Assembly: GCF_044704955.1 (NCBI RefSeq)
Contig: NC_091978.1
Span: forward strand, 360,158,001 to 360,222,000
DNA length: 64,000 nt
DNA from: Pristiophorus japonicus
Taxonomy: Eukaryota
Direction of reading: 5' to 3'
The position numbers and the translations under genes are program-made. Below the pieces are notes generated by a model. It ran no database searches. It had not been told where the DNA came from and worked only from the letters and a program-made list of their open reading frames with translations. Of the stretch, positions 1-12,382 are shown one piece after another; the first letter of the stretch is position 1, and each line of letters opens with the position of its first letter.

Positions 1-340
1 GAAGACCCTCTTGTTGATCCATTGGTACATTAAATAGCCAACCAGTGCCCACCAGTACATCAGCTTTGGCACGCAACGGCATGTGCAGTCCCAAGAGCCA
101 GCAGCGATCCATCCAACTTGCACAGTTCTGTACGGTTCAAGAAATAGTCTACTGTACTCATGTTGCTTTCAGACACTGAGACCATAGCGTACATAATTCA
201 AAAGGTCCTTTGCTTCCTTAATCTTCAGAGGATAGAGCTAAATGTCCGATCAGGATTAGCCGTGGCTCAGTAGTAGCACTCTCACCTCTGCCATGTTTCC
301 TGTCTGTCTCTCTGTACCTGCACTTCAAAAGATGGGTAGG

Positions 341-1065
341 TCATAGAATCATGGAATGGTTACAGCACAGCAGGAGGCCATTCGGCCATCGTGAGCATGC
401 CGGCTCTCTGCAAGAGCACTTCATCAAGCCCCACTCTCCCGCCCTTTCCCCGTAGCCCTGCAAATTTGTTTCCTTCAGGTACTTATCCAACTCCCTTTTG
501 AAAGCCACGATTGAGTCTGCCTCCGCCACCCTCGCAGACAGCGCATTCCAGATCCTAACCACTCGCTGCGTGAAAACGTTTTCCCTCGCGTCATGTTTGG
601 ATCTTCTGCCAATCACCTTAAATCTGTGTCCTCTGGTTCTCGACCCTTCCGCCAATGGGAACAGTTTCTCTCTCTCTACTCTGTCCAGACCCCTCATGAT
701 TTTGAACAACTCGATCAAATCTCCACTCAACCTTCTCTGCTCCAAGGAGAACAACCCCAGCTTCTCCAGTCTACCCACGGCCCCTCATCCCTGGAACCAT
801 TCTTGTCAATATTTTCTGTACCCACTCTAAGGCCTTCACATCCTTCCTAAAGTGCGGTGCCCAGAATTGGACACAATACTCCAGCTGGTGCCAATCCAGT
901 GTTTTACACAGGTTCATCACAACCTCCTTGTTTCTGTACTCTGTGCCTCTAGTTATAAAGCCCAGGATCCCAGATGCTTTTTCAATCGCTTTCTCAACCT
1001 GCCCTGCCACCTGCACATATACCCCTAGGTCTCTCTGTTCATGCACCCTCTTTAGAATTGTACCC
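341..1065 (-). mobile_element. CR1 LINE 3' fragment (shared with 18450-19120)
   Basis: [43 protein letters not shown]. Confidence 0.88.
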
Positions 1066-1237
1066 TTTCATTTATATTGTCTCTCTTAATTGGCTGTAAA
1101 GTGCTTTGGCATGTCCTGAGGTTGTGAAAGGTGCTATATAAATGCAAGTTCTTTCTTTCTTTCCCAGGTGTAATGCTGGCTGACAGGGAGCACTGGCCAG
1201 GGACTCATGGGTCCGTAGTCACTGATTTTCTCATTCA

Positions 1238-1757
1238 TACTTACATTGGAGGCAGTTCAGAGAAGGTTCACGAGGTTGATTCCTGAAATGAAGTGGGTGT
1301 CTTATGAAGAATGGTTGAGCAAATTGGGCCTATACTCATTGGAGTTTAGAAGATGGGAGGTGATCTTATTGAAAGGTATAAGATTATGAGGAGACTTGAC
1401 AGGGTAGATGCAGAGAGGATGTTTCCAGTCGGGGGGGGGAATCCAGAACTAGGGGGCATAGTTTCAGAATAAGGGGTCGCCCATTTAAGATGGAGATGAG
1501 GAGGAATTTCTTCTCTCAGAAGGTCATGAATCTTTGGAATTCTCGACCTCAGAGAGCTGTGCAGGCTGGGTCATTGAATATATTTAAGGTGGAGATAGAC
1601 AGATTTTTGAACGATAAGGGAGTCAAGAGTTATGGGGAGCGGGCAGGGAAATGGAGCTGAGGCCAAGATCAGATCAGCCGTGATCTTATTGAATGGTGGA
1701 GCAGGCTCGAGGGGCCAAATGGCCTACTCCTGCTCCTATTTTTTAAGTTCTTATGTT
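1238..1757 (+). mobile_element. CR1 LINE 3' fragment specific to the - paralog
   Basis: CR1 RT C-terminus and 3' UTR ending TTCTTATGTT; absent at the matching position near 18290. Confidence 0.85.
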
Positions 1758-3159
1758 AACTTGCTCACCGGCGCTCTCTCCAAGCACCACTTCTGACCAG
1801 GATCATGCGACTAGAAAACAAACCCGAGTACGTCTGTTTCCCAAGGAGCACCTATGATTCGTATATCCTGTCCCAATCCGATGTTAACACGCTTTTCCAA
1901 GAGGAAGAATGACTGGCCACTGAAAGATATGGGAATTATACCCTGTCGCCGGTAATGTGAGCAGTTGATAGTGAATAAAGACTCACATTGATGTTTGTTT
2001 TACTTACGGAATGTGGGTGACACTGGCAGAGTCAGCGTTTATTGCCCATCCCTCATTGCCCTCGAGAAGGTGGTGGTGAGCCGCCTTGGTGCTTGAACCG
2101 CTGCAGTCCGTGTGGTGAAGGTACTCCCACTGTGACTTTGTTGTAGCGGTTTGGTACAACTGGGAAGCTTGCTCGGCCATTTCAGAGGGAAGTTAAGAGT
2201 CAACCACGTTGCTGTGGGTCTGGAGTCACAGAGGCCAGAACTGGCGAGGGCGGCAAATTTTAAGGACCAGGTGGGTTTTTATGACAATCCGTTTGTCTTA
2301 TGGTCACCATTACTGGTACTAGCTTTTTTATTCCAGATTTATTTAATTGAATCTAAATTCCCCAGCTGCCATGGTGGGATTTGAATTCATGTCTCTGGAT
2401 TATTAGTCCAGGCCTCTGGATTATGAGTCCAGTAACCACGATGCTGCCGTTCCCTCTGGCGTGTTGATAACTGGCTGATTTCATTTCCAGACCCTCTAGA
2501 ATATGTGTGTGCTTATTTGTAACAGCAAAATGCACTGATCACATGACCTGATTGCTGATTGGTCTTCTTGGAGGATAAGACACACCCAGCAGTTTTTCTG
2601 GCAAGCAAAATTAGCACTGCCCTGCCTATGTAATCAGTGACTTTGCAAAGTGTATTTTGAGCCATTCTGACTGCCGACTCCAGACAGAAGAGAGCTCACT
2701 CGGAACAGACAGGGCTTACTCTCATGGGTTAAGACCATCTCCCACCCCCCAAGTGCCTGACCTTCCCCTCACACCCCAGCCCAAGTTTCTGAGATTCTCC
2801 TCCCGCCCAAGTGCCGGACACCAACACCCCCCCCCCTCAAAGTTCCTGACCTCTTCCTGCCCAAATTCTTGCCCCATGGATTCATAACCTTCTCCCCCCA
2901 ACAAGTTCCTGACCTTACCTCCCCCCCCTCCCCGACCATAGATGGGGCATTGTGTGTGGGTCACGGATTGTTAACAGGTTTACAGGTGAAGTGAATAATG
3001 ACATTGTTGTGACTTCCAGATTTCGTCCACTCCAATGATGTCACTTGTTACACACGCACTGTGTTTTGAGAAATCAACCAGGTGTAGGGGAGGAGAGGGA
3101 GAATACGGTACGGGTGTAAAGGGAGTGTCGTTGGAAGAACGTGATCCGCCTTCTCTGAA

Positions 3160-3305
3160 TTCCCTGTCACTCTCTCGCCCACGAGCCTCTCTCTGTCTCC
3201 CCAGTCTCTCTCTCTCCCTCATCTCTCTCTCTCTCGCTCTGTCCAGTCTCTCTCTCTCTCTCTCTGCCCCACTCTTTCTCTCTCTCCCCAGTCTCCCTCC
3301 CATCT
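3160..3305 (+). repeat. (CT)n-rich microsatellite / low-complexity tract
   Basis: Direct reading. Confidence 0.85.
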
Positions 3306-3739
3306 CAAATTTTTTTTCTCTAATAGAAGGCCGCAAAAATGTTCATGTAGATAATCACAGCGATATTCTAGGCAAAAGTCCTGGAGATAACCCAAAGCCC
3401 TGGAAGCAGCTCCAGTGGCGATGAGCTCCACGCGACTCGTGATTCAGCTGCACTTCTGGCTTCCTCGTATATCACACTGCACATTAGTGACCGGATCGAG
3501 CGCGCACGCACAAAAAAAGAGTGCGGAATCCAAGACGTGCATGCGCAGAAGTACACAAAAACGTTGTTGCAAATAATCACTCCACAAGATTATTCTGTCA
3601 AAGAATAACAGAAGTAATGCAAGGAAGATCTCGGAATGCAATTGCTATGATATGCTTACTCCCAATAGGGCGCCATCTAGTGTTCAGTTAACTACATGCA
3701 AGCACAAGCTTCTCAGGTCGTCAACTCATTTTTTCATAC

Positions 3740-3899
3740 CTTGGACGTGAAACGATTCTCTGGCAGTCCCCATTGCCCAGTTGTCCATAAGTTCCAGCTC
3801 CCCAGCCAAAGACAGATCCATTTTCACAAAGAGCCAAGGTATGGAGCTTCCCGCAGGCCACACGGACAACCTCCTGCGTATTTAGAGCACTTACCTGAG
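3740..3899 (-). CDS. HERC-like paralog (- copy) exon 2
   Basis: ttttgcag| [53 protein letters not shown] |gtatga; 160 nt, open; later exons would be off the left edge. Confidence 0.85.
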
Positions 3900-3981
3900 C
3901 TGCAAAATAAACAGCATATGAACATAAATACGAACAATGACAGACAGGTAAAGACGTTCTGGTCCATAGAGCCTGTCCCCT

Positions 3982-4300
3982 CAAAGCCTCCCTGATAAAA
4001 TGCAACATCCCCACTGACGCCTGGGAGCCCCTGGCTAAAGACCGCCCTAAGTGGCGCAAGTGCATCCGGGAGGGTGCTAAGCACCTCGAGTCTCGTCGCC
4101 GAGAGCATGCAGAAATCAAGCGCAGGCAGCGGAAAGAACGTGCGGAAAACCAGTCCCACCCACCCTTTCCCTCAACGACTATCTGTCCCACCTGTGACAG
4201 GGACTGTGGTTCTCCTATTGGACTGTTCAGCCACCTAAGGACTCATTTTAAGAATGGAAGCAAGTCTTCCTCAATTCCGAGGGACTGCCTATGATGATGA
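3982..4300 (+). mobile_element. RTE (BovB-like) LINE 3' fragment
   Basis: LKASLIKCNIP.D.WE.LA.DR.KWR and a zinc-knuckle-like CPTC; tail GGGACTGCCTATGATGATGA. Confidence 0.82.
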
Positions 4301-4689
4301 CACAATTGCAATACATTGTGTCTCATAATATATACTCTCCACCCCACCCAGCACCATGTGATCCCCTGGGCGAGTCAAAAAAACAGATTTTTTAAAAACT
4401 TTAAAAACCCAGGCCGAACATAGGCCGCGGGGCTGGACTTCCAAGCCTCGTGCAGGATCTCCTGCCTTGTGGCAGTTACTGCCTCTATTTCGGCCCCTTA
4501 GTGTACACAAGAGTGCATCCTACACCTTTCGCACTTTAAAGATGAAATATTGCCTTGGAATTTCTCATATTGTATTGCACAATAAAATAAAGGGAGACGC
4601 GGGGATGTCACTGACTAGTTGACTGTATCTCTTCTACACCCTCATTTTTTATTGCCTGTGGCACTGTCACCTGTTTCAGCTCCAACATG

Positions 4690-4880
4690 TGTTATGTATG
4701 TAAACTTTACTAGTGTGTAAGACTTGCCATCAGGGGGCACACCTGTTGGAGACCCAAGGGCAAGTATAAAAGGCAGTCTACCATGCTGCTTCCTCGCTCT
4801 GGAGTTACATTGTAGAGACCAAGGTCACAACAGTTTGAGCTTACAGTATACAGTCTTGTGGAGTTATTCTGAACTTAGCA
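4690..4880 (+). mobile_element. Solo LTR-like element
   Basis: Starts TGTTATG; internal TATAAAA; resembles the LTRs at 17307-17593 and 62581-62826. Confidence 0.55.
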
Positions 4881-6189
4881 CAACGCCCAACAAGACAGTG
4901 CAGCAGCACATCTATTCTTCATCACTCACTGACTGGACAAATTCCCCAATCTCAGGCGTGTCGCTGCAGGGAACTTCCAATCAGAAGCCAATCGCTTCTC
5001 CATAGGGCAATGAGGTAAATCAATCTACTCTTTAATGGTCTGTTTTAGAGCCGAATAGGCCTCAGAAGAATCGATCCTTCCATCTTCCCTGCCGCACCCA
5101 ACCAGGAGCAGCCTAGTTTCAGAGCATCGCAAGAAGGATGCAGGAGAAAAATGTCTTTAAACCCATTTAAAACAATGTTCATTCTTGGGATGTGGACTTC
5201 GCTGGCAAGGCAAAAAATGACCAAGGTCCATCTAGTTTGCCTTCTACCATCCTGGTAGTCGCTCGATCCAACGATAATGGAGATGTTGATTAATCTCTAT
5301 CAATTAGTCCACAACACATGCAGACATGACCCAAGGAAACACCCAGTGTGGGAACCATAGCTCCAAAGTCATCTATTCCACCCAAGCATGCTACACTTAC
5401 ATGTCATGTCCCCCATTTATCTGTGATTATAACATGCCCACCCATATTTTTACAGCTCCCAGTAAATAGGAACGCAGGAAAGTGGAAATTACCCTGGAGC
5501 CTAACTGGGCAGTCCAAAAAGCCAATATCCCCTCAATCACACACACCCTCAAATATTTATCGAATTCTCCCTTAAATATTTTTACATTATCTGCTTTCAT
5601 TGCCTCTCTGGGCAGTTCGATCCACACGACAGCACCTCCTAAACCCACAATGTCTACCTAGAAGGACAAGGGCAGCAGGCACATGGGAGCACCATCACCT
5701 GCAAGTTCCCCTCCATGTCACACACCATCCTGACTTGGAAATATATCGGCCGTTCTTTCATTGTGGCTGGGTCAAAATCCTGGAACTCCCTCCCTAACAG
5801 CACTGTGGGAGCACCTTCACCACACGGACTGCAGCGTTTCAAGAAAGTGGCTCACCACCACCTTCTCGAGGGCAAATAGGGATGGGCAATAAATGCCGGC
5901 CTTGCCAACGATGCCCACATCCCATGAATGAATTTTTAAAAAAAGTAGTTCACTCTACATAAAGTAGTAGTTAAATAAGTTGAAAAATTTTCCCCGAACT
6001 GTTGATTTTCCCTTCCTGCATCTATAGTTGTGATGCTGTGGTTCAGTTTTTACGCAGAAAGATCCTTGCTGTAAGAGTGTATATAATGTGCTTCGATAAT
6101 CTGTTCAATGCATGAGGAGACCAAAGATATATTAGGGTGGGAAGGGGTGCGGGAGGAGAGACAAGCGCTGCTTGAAGTCTAAATTAATT

Positions 6190-6935
6190 TGTGAAGAAAC
6201 TCGCCTGGTTTGTGCCTCCCATTAGTGCTTGTGGGGGGCAGTAACGGGGTGCCAAGGGGTTAGCGATCGGGCGTGGCAAATTCACCGATGCCTGTGAACC
6301 TCCCTGGTGGTTTTAAGTTGGCGATAGCACTTACCGCCTCGCTCTCTCGCACCCCATAGATTGTGACGTCATCCTGTGCACAGCGCCCCGTCACCGTCTC
6401 GGATGCAACATTCGCTCCCGCCCGCCTGCAGCATCACCAGGCGTTAGCAACTGCATCTGCAGGAGGTGTTGTCACCTGGGCTGGCCGCTTGGGCAGCAAT
6501 ATTTAAAGGCAGTGGTGGTCAGGTAGGGCAAACGTTATTACTCCCCCCAGTCTGGTGCCTCCTAATTGCTTTTGACGCCCCGCGTTTCCTCAGCCCGCTA
6601 CGCTCTTCCTATGTTTGGGGCTGCTACGCACATAACACAGGTCCCGTGACATCTCAGAGACAGCATTACGATTGATTGAACCCATCACTGACCCTGCCCT
6701 TTAAGCGAGGGGAGGAGCCTTGCACGGAACGCTGTTCAGCACTCTGCCACCCCCTCGCACACTTTAGCGCTCTAAGGCAAGTGGTAGCCTTTGATTTAGC
6801 GCTCCATTTCCCTCTTGGAGCGCTAAGGGTGAAGTTCCCCGGGAGCAGGCAAATCGTTTTCGCCCGCCGATACTTTTGCGCTCCTTCAAAAGTTAATCGC
6901 CCCAGTCGGGACGCCGCGCAATTTCTAGCCCTAAA
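6190..6935. mobile_element. Non-autonomous GC-rich MITE-like element; its counterpart in the + copy spans 13880-15600
   Basis: Ends match 13905-13970 and 15540-15600 in reverse complement. Confidence 0.55.
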
Positions 6936-6945
6936 TGCAACAATT

Positions 6946-7170
6946 CATCATAGGCAGTCACTCGGAATCGAGGAAGACTTGCTTCTGCTCCCAAAGTGAG
7001 TCCTTTGATGGCCGACAGTCCAATACGTGAACCACAGACCCTGTTACAGGTGGGACAGACATTCGTCGAGGGAAGGGGTGGGTGGGGCTGGTTTGCCGCG
7101 CGCTCCTTCCGCTGCCTGAGCTTGGCCTCTTCATGCTCTTTGCATTGAGACTCGACAGGGAGTAGCCGAG
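6946..7170 (-). mobile_element. RTE LINE 3' fragment
   Basis: RQRKERAANQPHPP...CPTCNRVCGSRIGL, with RTE tail. Confidence 0.78.
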
Positions 7171-7432
7171 GCGAATTGCGTCGGTGCATTTAAGGGGAAA
7201 CTGGATAAGCATATGAGGCAGAGGGATATGCTGATGGGGTGAGATGAAGTAGGGTCAGAGGAGGCTGGTTTGGAGCACATACACTGGCATAGCCCAGTCG
7301 GGCTGAATGGCCTGTTTCTGAGCCTTCTGTCCCAGGTCCAATGACAACATCCACAGAGCTGCTGTCAACACTTCCTGCTCCAAATAAATGACACCCTGTT
7401 TGTTTTTGTGAGTTTTGCGCTGTACATAACCC

Positions 7433-7494
7433 GAAATCGAAACTGCTGCACAGGAAACCCCCTGGGAATAGCAACTGTGAGAGAAAACGAAACT
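7433..7494 (-). promoter_or_regulatory. Intron-1 interferon-response module of the - paralog: two ISREs and an NF-kB site
   Basis: On the + strand: GAAATCGAAACT (7433-7444), GGAAACCCCC (7453-7462), AGAAAACGAAACT (7482-7494). Confidence 0.72.
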
Positions 7495-7775
7495 GATGAA
7501 CTGGGAACTTGCCGTTCCCTGGTCCTTGTCTGGGAAATTAAACCCAAATAATTGCGTTAAATTGCCATTGGCGAGTTTAATCAAAATAACCGTTAACTTT
7601 GGCCACAAGAGAGCAATATGCCCCAGACTCGGGGCGGGGGCGGTGGATTAAAAGTGTTTGGAACTGGGGGGGAAAAGGGATGAAATGCAGAATTATGAAA
7701 CTATCTTAAAGCCTGTGGGACGAAGGTGAGGGTGCTCACCCCTTCCCCTCTGCCCCGCTCAGTCTCAATGCTTAC

Positions 7776-8001
7776 CGAGGGGACACTCGCTCCTCTTCCT
7801 CCCAAGTTGCCCGTTAACGCCGCTGGAAAACACGGTGCCGTCGGCCAGGAGATACACCGAGTGCCCATCGCCACAACACACTTCCTTCACCGCCCGACGC
7901 CGTAAGCATTCGATTTCTCGCGGCTCGGAAAGGACCAGGCGATGCCCCCCCTGGTCGCGCAGTCCCAGCTGGGCAGACGCACCATCTCCCCAGCAAAACA
8001 T
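7776..8001 (-). CDS. HERC-like paralog (- copy) coding exon 1
   Basis: Nearly identical to 12994-13225 apart from a 6-nt in-frame deletion (GVNGQLG); donor G|GTAAG intact; 226 nt. Confidence 0.85.
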
Positions 8002-8569
8002 CTTCTTCTCTGCCGCACCGCCCCCGCTCTGGGCAGCTCGGGCAAGGGCTGGCTGGTCCCTCTGTGCCCCAGGAGCACTGGGGGAGACTGACTTACAGCA
8101 GGCCAGCCAGTCTCATTTGGGCAAGCAGACAAGGAAGCGATCTCAGTATCTCTGATGCATCCTGCCTGCTCGCTGCAGGAATGACTCCAGCAATTCACCA
8201 ATCTCACAGTCCATACGGTGTTTTTTTTATAAACTTTCATTCACGTGATGTGGCCGTCGGCCAGCATTTATTGCCCATCCCCAATTGTCCTTTGAGAGGG
8301 AGGTGGTTTTACAAATAAAAAAACAAAGGTTTGCATTTATAGAGCGACTTTCACGACGCCCAGACGTCCCAAAGCGCTTTACAGCCAATGAAGTACTTTT
8401 CTAGTGTGGCCAATTACGGCAATATAGGAAACATAGCAGCCGATAGGATAATTAGAGATAATCTGTTTTTCGGGATATGGATTGAGGGCTAAATATTGGG
8501 CAGGTCACCAGGAGAACTTTCTTGCTCTTCTTCGAATAATACCCGAGAGGGGCAGACAGGGTTTCGCTT

Positions 8570-9053
8570 TCATCATAGGCGGTCCCTCGAAATCGAGGAA
8601 GACTTGCTTTCACTCCAAAAGTGAGTTCTCAGGTGGCTGAACAGTCCAATACAGGAAATACAGTCTCTGTCGCAGATGGGACAGACAGTGGTTGAAGGAA
8701 AGGGTGGGTGGGGAGTCTGGTTTGCCGCACACTCCTTCCGCTGCCTGCGCTTGATTTCTGCATGCTCTCGGCGATGAGACTCGAGGTGTTCAGCGCCCTC
8801 CCGGATGCACTTCCGCCACTTAGTGCGATCTTGGGCCAGGGACTCCCAGGTGTCGGTGGGGATGTTGCACTTTATCAAGGAAACTTTGAGGGTGTCCTTG
8901 AAACGTTTCCTCTGCCCACCTGTGACTCGCTTGCCGTGTAGGAGTTCCGAGTAGAGCGCTTGTTTTGGGAGTCTTGTGTCGGGCATGCGGACAATGTGGC
9001 CCGCCCAAGGGAGCTGGTCGAGTGTGGTCAGTGCTTCGAAGCTGGGGATGTTC
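8570..9053 (-). mobile_element. RTE (BovB-like) LINE 3' fragment inserted in a SINE
   Basis: [37 protein letters not shown]. Confidence 0.88.
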
Positions 9054-9665
9054 CTTACAGTGCAGCTCCTCCCTCCTCCAGCACTGCAGTGAAGCACCGA
9101 CCCAGATTATGTGCTCAGGTACCTGGAGTGGGACACGATGGATTGGAGCAGACATGCTTAAGTGTAATGTGAGTACCAAAGCATTGTAATCAATGAGTCA
9201 GCGCTGCGGGAAACTTCAGTGTAATACCGAGGGAGCACGGCATTGTCAGATGGAAAAGATCCCATGGCACGATTTGAATAGAGTGACCACACATCCCCGT
9301 TTTCCCGCGACGGTCCTGGAACGAGGGACTGTGTCCCCAGGAAAAACAATGTCCCCAGAAACGACCCCGTTCCAGGAAACTTGGTCCCCGAATACGCACG
9401 GGTTCAAATCAGGAGCCACCCGACCCCGAGCTGTCCTGTGGGCGGTCCATCATGTGGGCGGAGCTGAGCGGCAAGGCCAGTTGGTGGGAGGGATGTCAAT
9501 CTCCTGTTTTCAACCAACAACAAGAACTTGTGTTTATACAGCGCCTTTAACGTAGTGAAACATCCCAAGACGCTTGAGAAATTAGGGCAGGTGGCCAAAA
9601 GCTTGGTCAAAGAGGTAGATTTTAAGCAACATCTTGAAGGAGGACAGAGAGGTGGAGAGGTTTAA

Positions 9666-10812
9666 CATAAGAACATAAGAAATAGGAGCAGGAGAAGACC
9701 ATATGGCCCCTTGAGCCTGGTCCGCCATTTAATACAATCATGGCTGACCGATCATGGACTCAGGTCCACTTCCCTGTCCGCTCTCCATAACCCCTTATTC
9801 CCTTATTGTTTAAGAAACTGTCTATTTCTATCTTAAATTTATTCAATGTCCCGGCTTCCACAGCTCACTGAGGCAGCGAATTCCACAGATTTACAACCCT
9901 CTGCAAGGAGAAATTTCTCCTCATCGCAGTTTTAAATGGGCGGCCCCTTATTCTAAGATTATGCCCTCTAGTTCTCGTCTCTCCTATCAGTGGAAACATC
10001 CTCTCTGCATCCACCTTGTTAAGCCCTCTCATAATCTTATACATTTTGACAAGAGCACCTCTCCTTCTTCTGAATTCCAATGAATAGAAGCCCAAACTAC
10101 TCAACCTTTCCTCATACGTCAACCCACTTATCTCCGGAATCAACCTTGTGAACCTTCTCTGAACTGCCTCCAAAGCAAGTATATCCTTTTGTAAATATGG
10201 AAACCAAAACTGTATGCAGTATTCCAGTTGTGGCCTCACCAATACCCTGTATAACTGTAGCAAGACTTTGCTGCTTTATACTCCATCCCCTTTGCAATAA
10301 AGGCCAAGATACCATTGGCCTTCCTGATCACTTGCTGTACCTGCATACTAACCTTTTGTGTTTCATGCACAAGTACCCCCAGGTCCTGCTGCACTGCAGC
10401 AGTTTGCAATCTTTCTCCATTTAAATAATAACTTGCTCTTTGATTTTTTCTGCCAAAGTGCATGACCTCACACTTTCCAACATTATACTTCATCTGCCAA
10501 ATTTTTGCCCACTTACTTATCCTGGCTATGTCCTTTTGCAGATTTTTTGTGTCCTCCTCACACATTGCTTTTCCTCTCATCTTTGTATCATCGGCAAACT
10601 TGGCTTCGTTACACTCAGTCCCTTCTTCCAAGTCGTTAATATAAATTGTAAATAGTTGGGGTCCCAGCACTGATCCCTGCGGCACCCCACTAGTTACTGA
10701 TTGCCAACCCGAGAATGAACCATTTATCCCTATTCTCTGTTTTCTGTTCGTTAGCCAATCCTCTATCCATGCCAATATATTATCCCCAACTCCGTGAACT
10801 TTTATCTTGTGC
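9666..10812 (-). mobile_element. CR1 LINE fragment in the spacer, interrupting an L2 fragment
   Basis: [28 protein letters not shown]; L2 sequence resumes near 10813. Confidence 0.9.
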
Positions 10813-11329
10813 AGAGCTTAGGATCCAGTCACCAGAAGGCACGGCCACCAATGGTTGAGAGATTATAATCAGGGATGCTCCAGAGGGCAGAATTAGAGGA
10901 GCGCAGACATCTCGGGGGGTTGTGGGGCTGGAGGAAATTACTGAGATAGGGAGGGGTGAAGCTATGGAGGGATTTGAAAACAAGGATGAGAATTTTGATG
11001 TTAATTTATGCAGAAATCAAGCCCTGTGGCCATCGTACACATGTTCCGCCCCCCCCCCCCAACTCCCACCCTTCCCATCCCTCCCACCAAATCCCCAGAC
11101 AGTTTTGTGAAATTCAGTTGAACAGAAATCGACCCCGAAGCCAAAATGTCCAAGTAGCGGGGGCCGCTGGTAACCGGATTAATGAGCGGGGATTGAAGCC
11201 GGTCGGTGTGGGTATCCCGGGAGCCGGATCAGAGCATGCTCCGCGACCCCGAATGGTGGGGGAGGGTCAGGCTGTGAGGAAGGGGAGGAGTCTCAGATGG
11301 TGTCGGGGAGGGTCGGGCCATGAGGACGG

Positions 11330-11526
11330 GGCAACCAAATTTTAATTTGATTTAAGGTTTCGTTAAAGTTTAAAATTGTTCATTTGTGGGTTCTGGTGCT
11401 CTTGTCAAAAGGGGGCATTTGATTTAAGTTTCAACAAAAATAGTTGTGGAGCTGTTGCACAGGTGGACACCGGAGGGATTGGAGAGCAACGTTACAGCAG
11501 GTAACAGAATTTTAATTTGATTTGTT
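11330..11526 (+). mobile_element. Two tandem Tx1/L1-clade 3' end fragments
   Basis: Ends read GNQILI* and RWTPEGLE...GNRILI*, the same family as 39640-40035; separated by AATAGTTGTGGAGCTGTTG. Confidence 0.6.
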
Positions 11527-11631
11527 AAGCTTTTGGTCACCTGCCCTAATTTCTCAAGGGTCTTGGGACGATTCACTATGTTAAAGGCGTTATATAAATA
11601 CAAGTTGTTGTTGTTGTTGTTGGCTGAAAAC

Positions 11632-11862
11632 AGGAGATTGACATCCCTCCCACCAATTGGAACCAGCCTTGTCGCTCAGCCCTGCCCACTTGATTGGCCG
11701 CCCACAGTAAACCTCGGGGTCAGGTGGCTCCTGATTTGAACCCGTGTGTATTCAGGGACAAGTTTCCGGGAGCGGGGACTTTGCCGGGGACGGTGTTTTC
11801 CCGGGAGACACAATCCCTCGCCCGAGGACCGTCGCGGGAAAACGGGGACGTGTGGTCACCCT
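11632..11862. mobile_element. hAT-Blackjack-like MITE (also at about 9278-9505 in the other arm)
   Basis: Terminus GTGGTCACCCTA (reverse complement TAGGGTGACCAC); degenerate opposite end. Confidence 0.5.
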
Positions 11863-12072
11863 ATTCAAATCGTGCCATGGGATCTTTTCCATCCGACAAC
11901 GCCGCGCTCCCTCAGTATTGCACTGAAGTTTCCCACAGCGCTGACTCATTGATTACAATGTTGTGGTACTCACATTACACTTAAGCACGTCTGCTCCAAT
12001 CCATCGAGCCCCACTCCAGATACCTGAGCACATAATCTGGGTCGGTGCTTTGGTGCAGTGCTGGAGGAGGGA

Positions 12073-12382
12073 ACTTCCGTCACGATCACCAGAAGAGCCG
12101 AGGGCCCAGGGGCAGCACACACTGCGCGCACTAGGTCCGTGCAGCAGAACAGGTCTCCAGTCGTCCTGGTTCAACCCTTGCCACTGGATAGAGGCCTAGC
12201 TCTGGCAAGCCCGTGTGGTGGCTGATGTGCAATGGTCGCCACACGTTAACAAAACCACGCACAGGCATCTTCCACCCTTCGAGTTCAGGACTGGGACATC
12301 GGGTCCTTCATTGAAACATCTGTGAACTCGTGTGGAAGCAAGTCATCCTCGTTCGAGGGACCGCCTATGCCGATGATGATGA
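12073..12382 (+). mobile_element. RTE-tailed short element with 11-bp target-site duplication
   Basis: TGGAGGAGGGA at 12062-12072 and 12383-12393; 3' end GAGGGACCGCCTATG..GATGATG. Confidence 0.75.

Noticed and set aside
1-240. Exon 3 of the - paralog, or a PIGY/PYURF-like neighbour
   Set aside because: I found no matching translation in the frames I read; exon 3 is probably off-window.
1769-1867. Possible exon on the - strand (ag...gtgagc)
   Set aside because: It has no HERC-like translation, and the splice dinucleotides are not matched in the paralogous intron (18147-18280).
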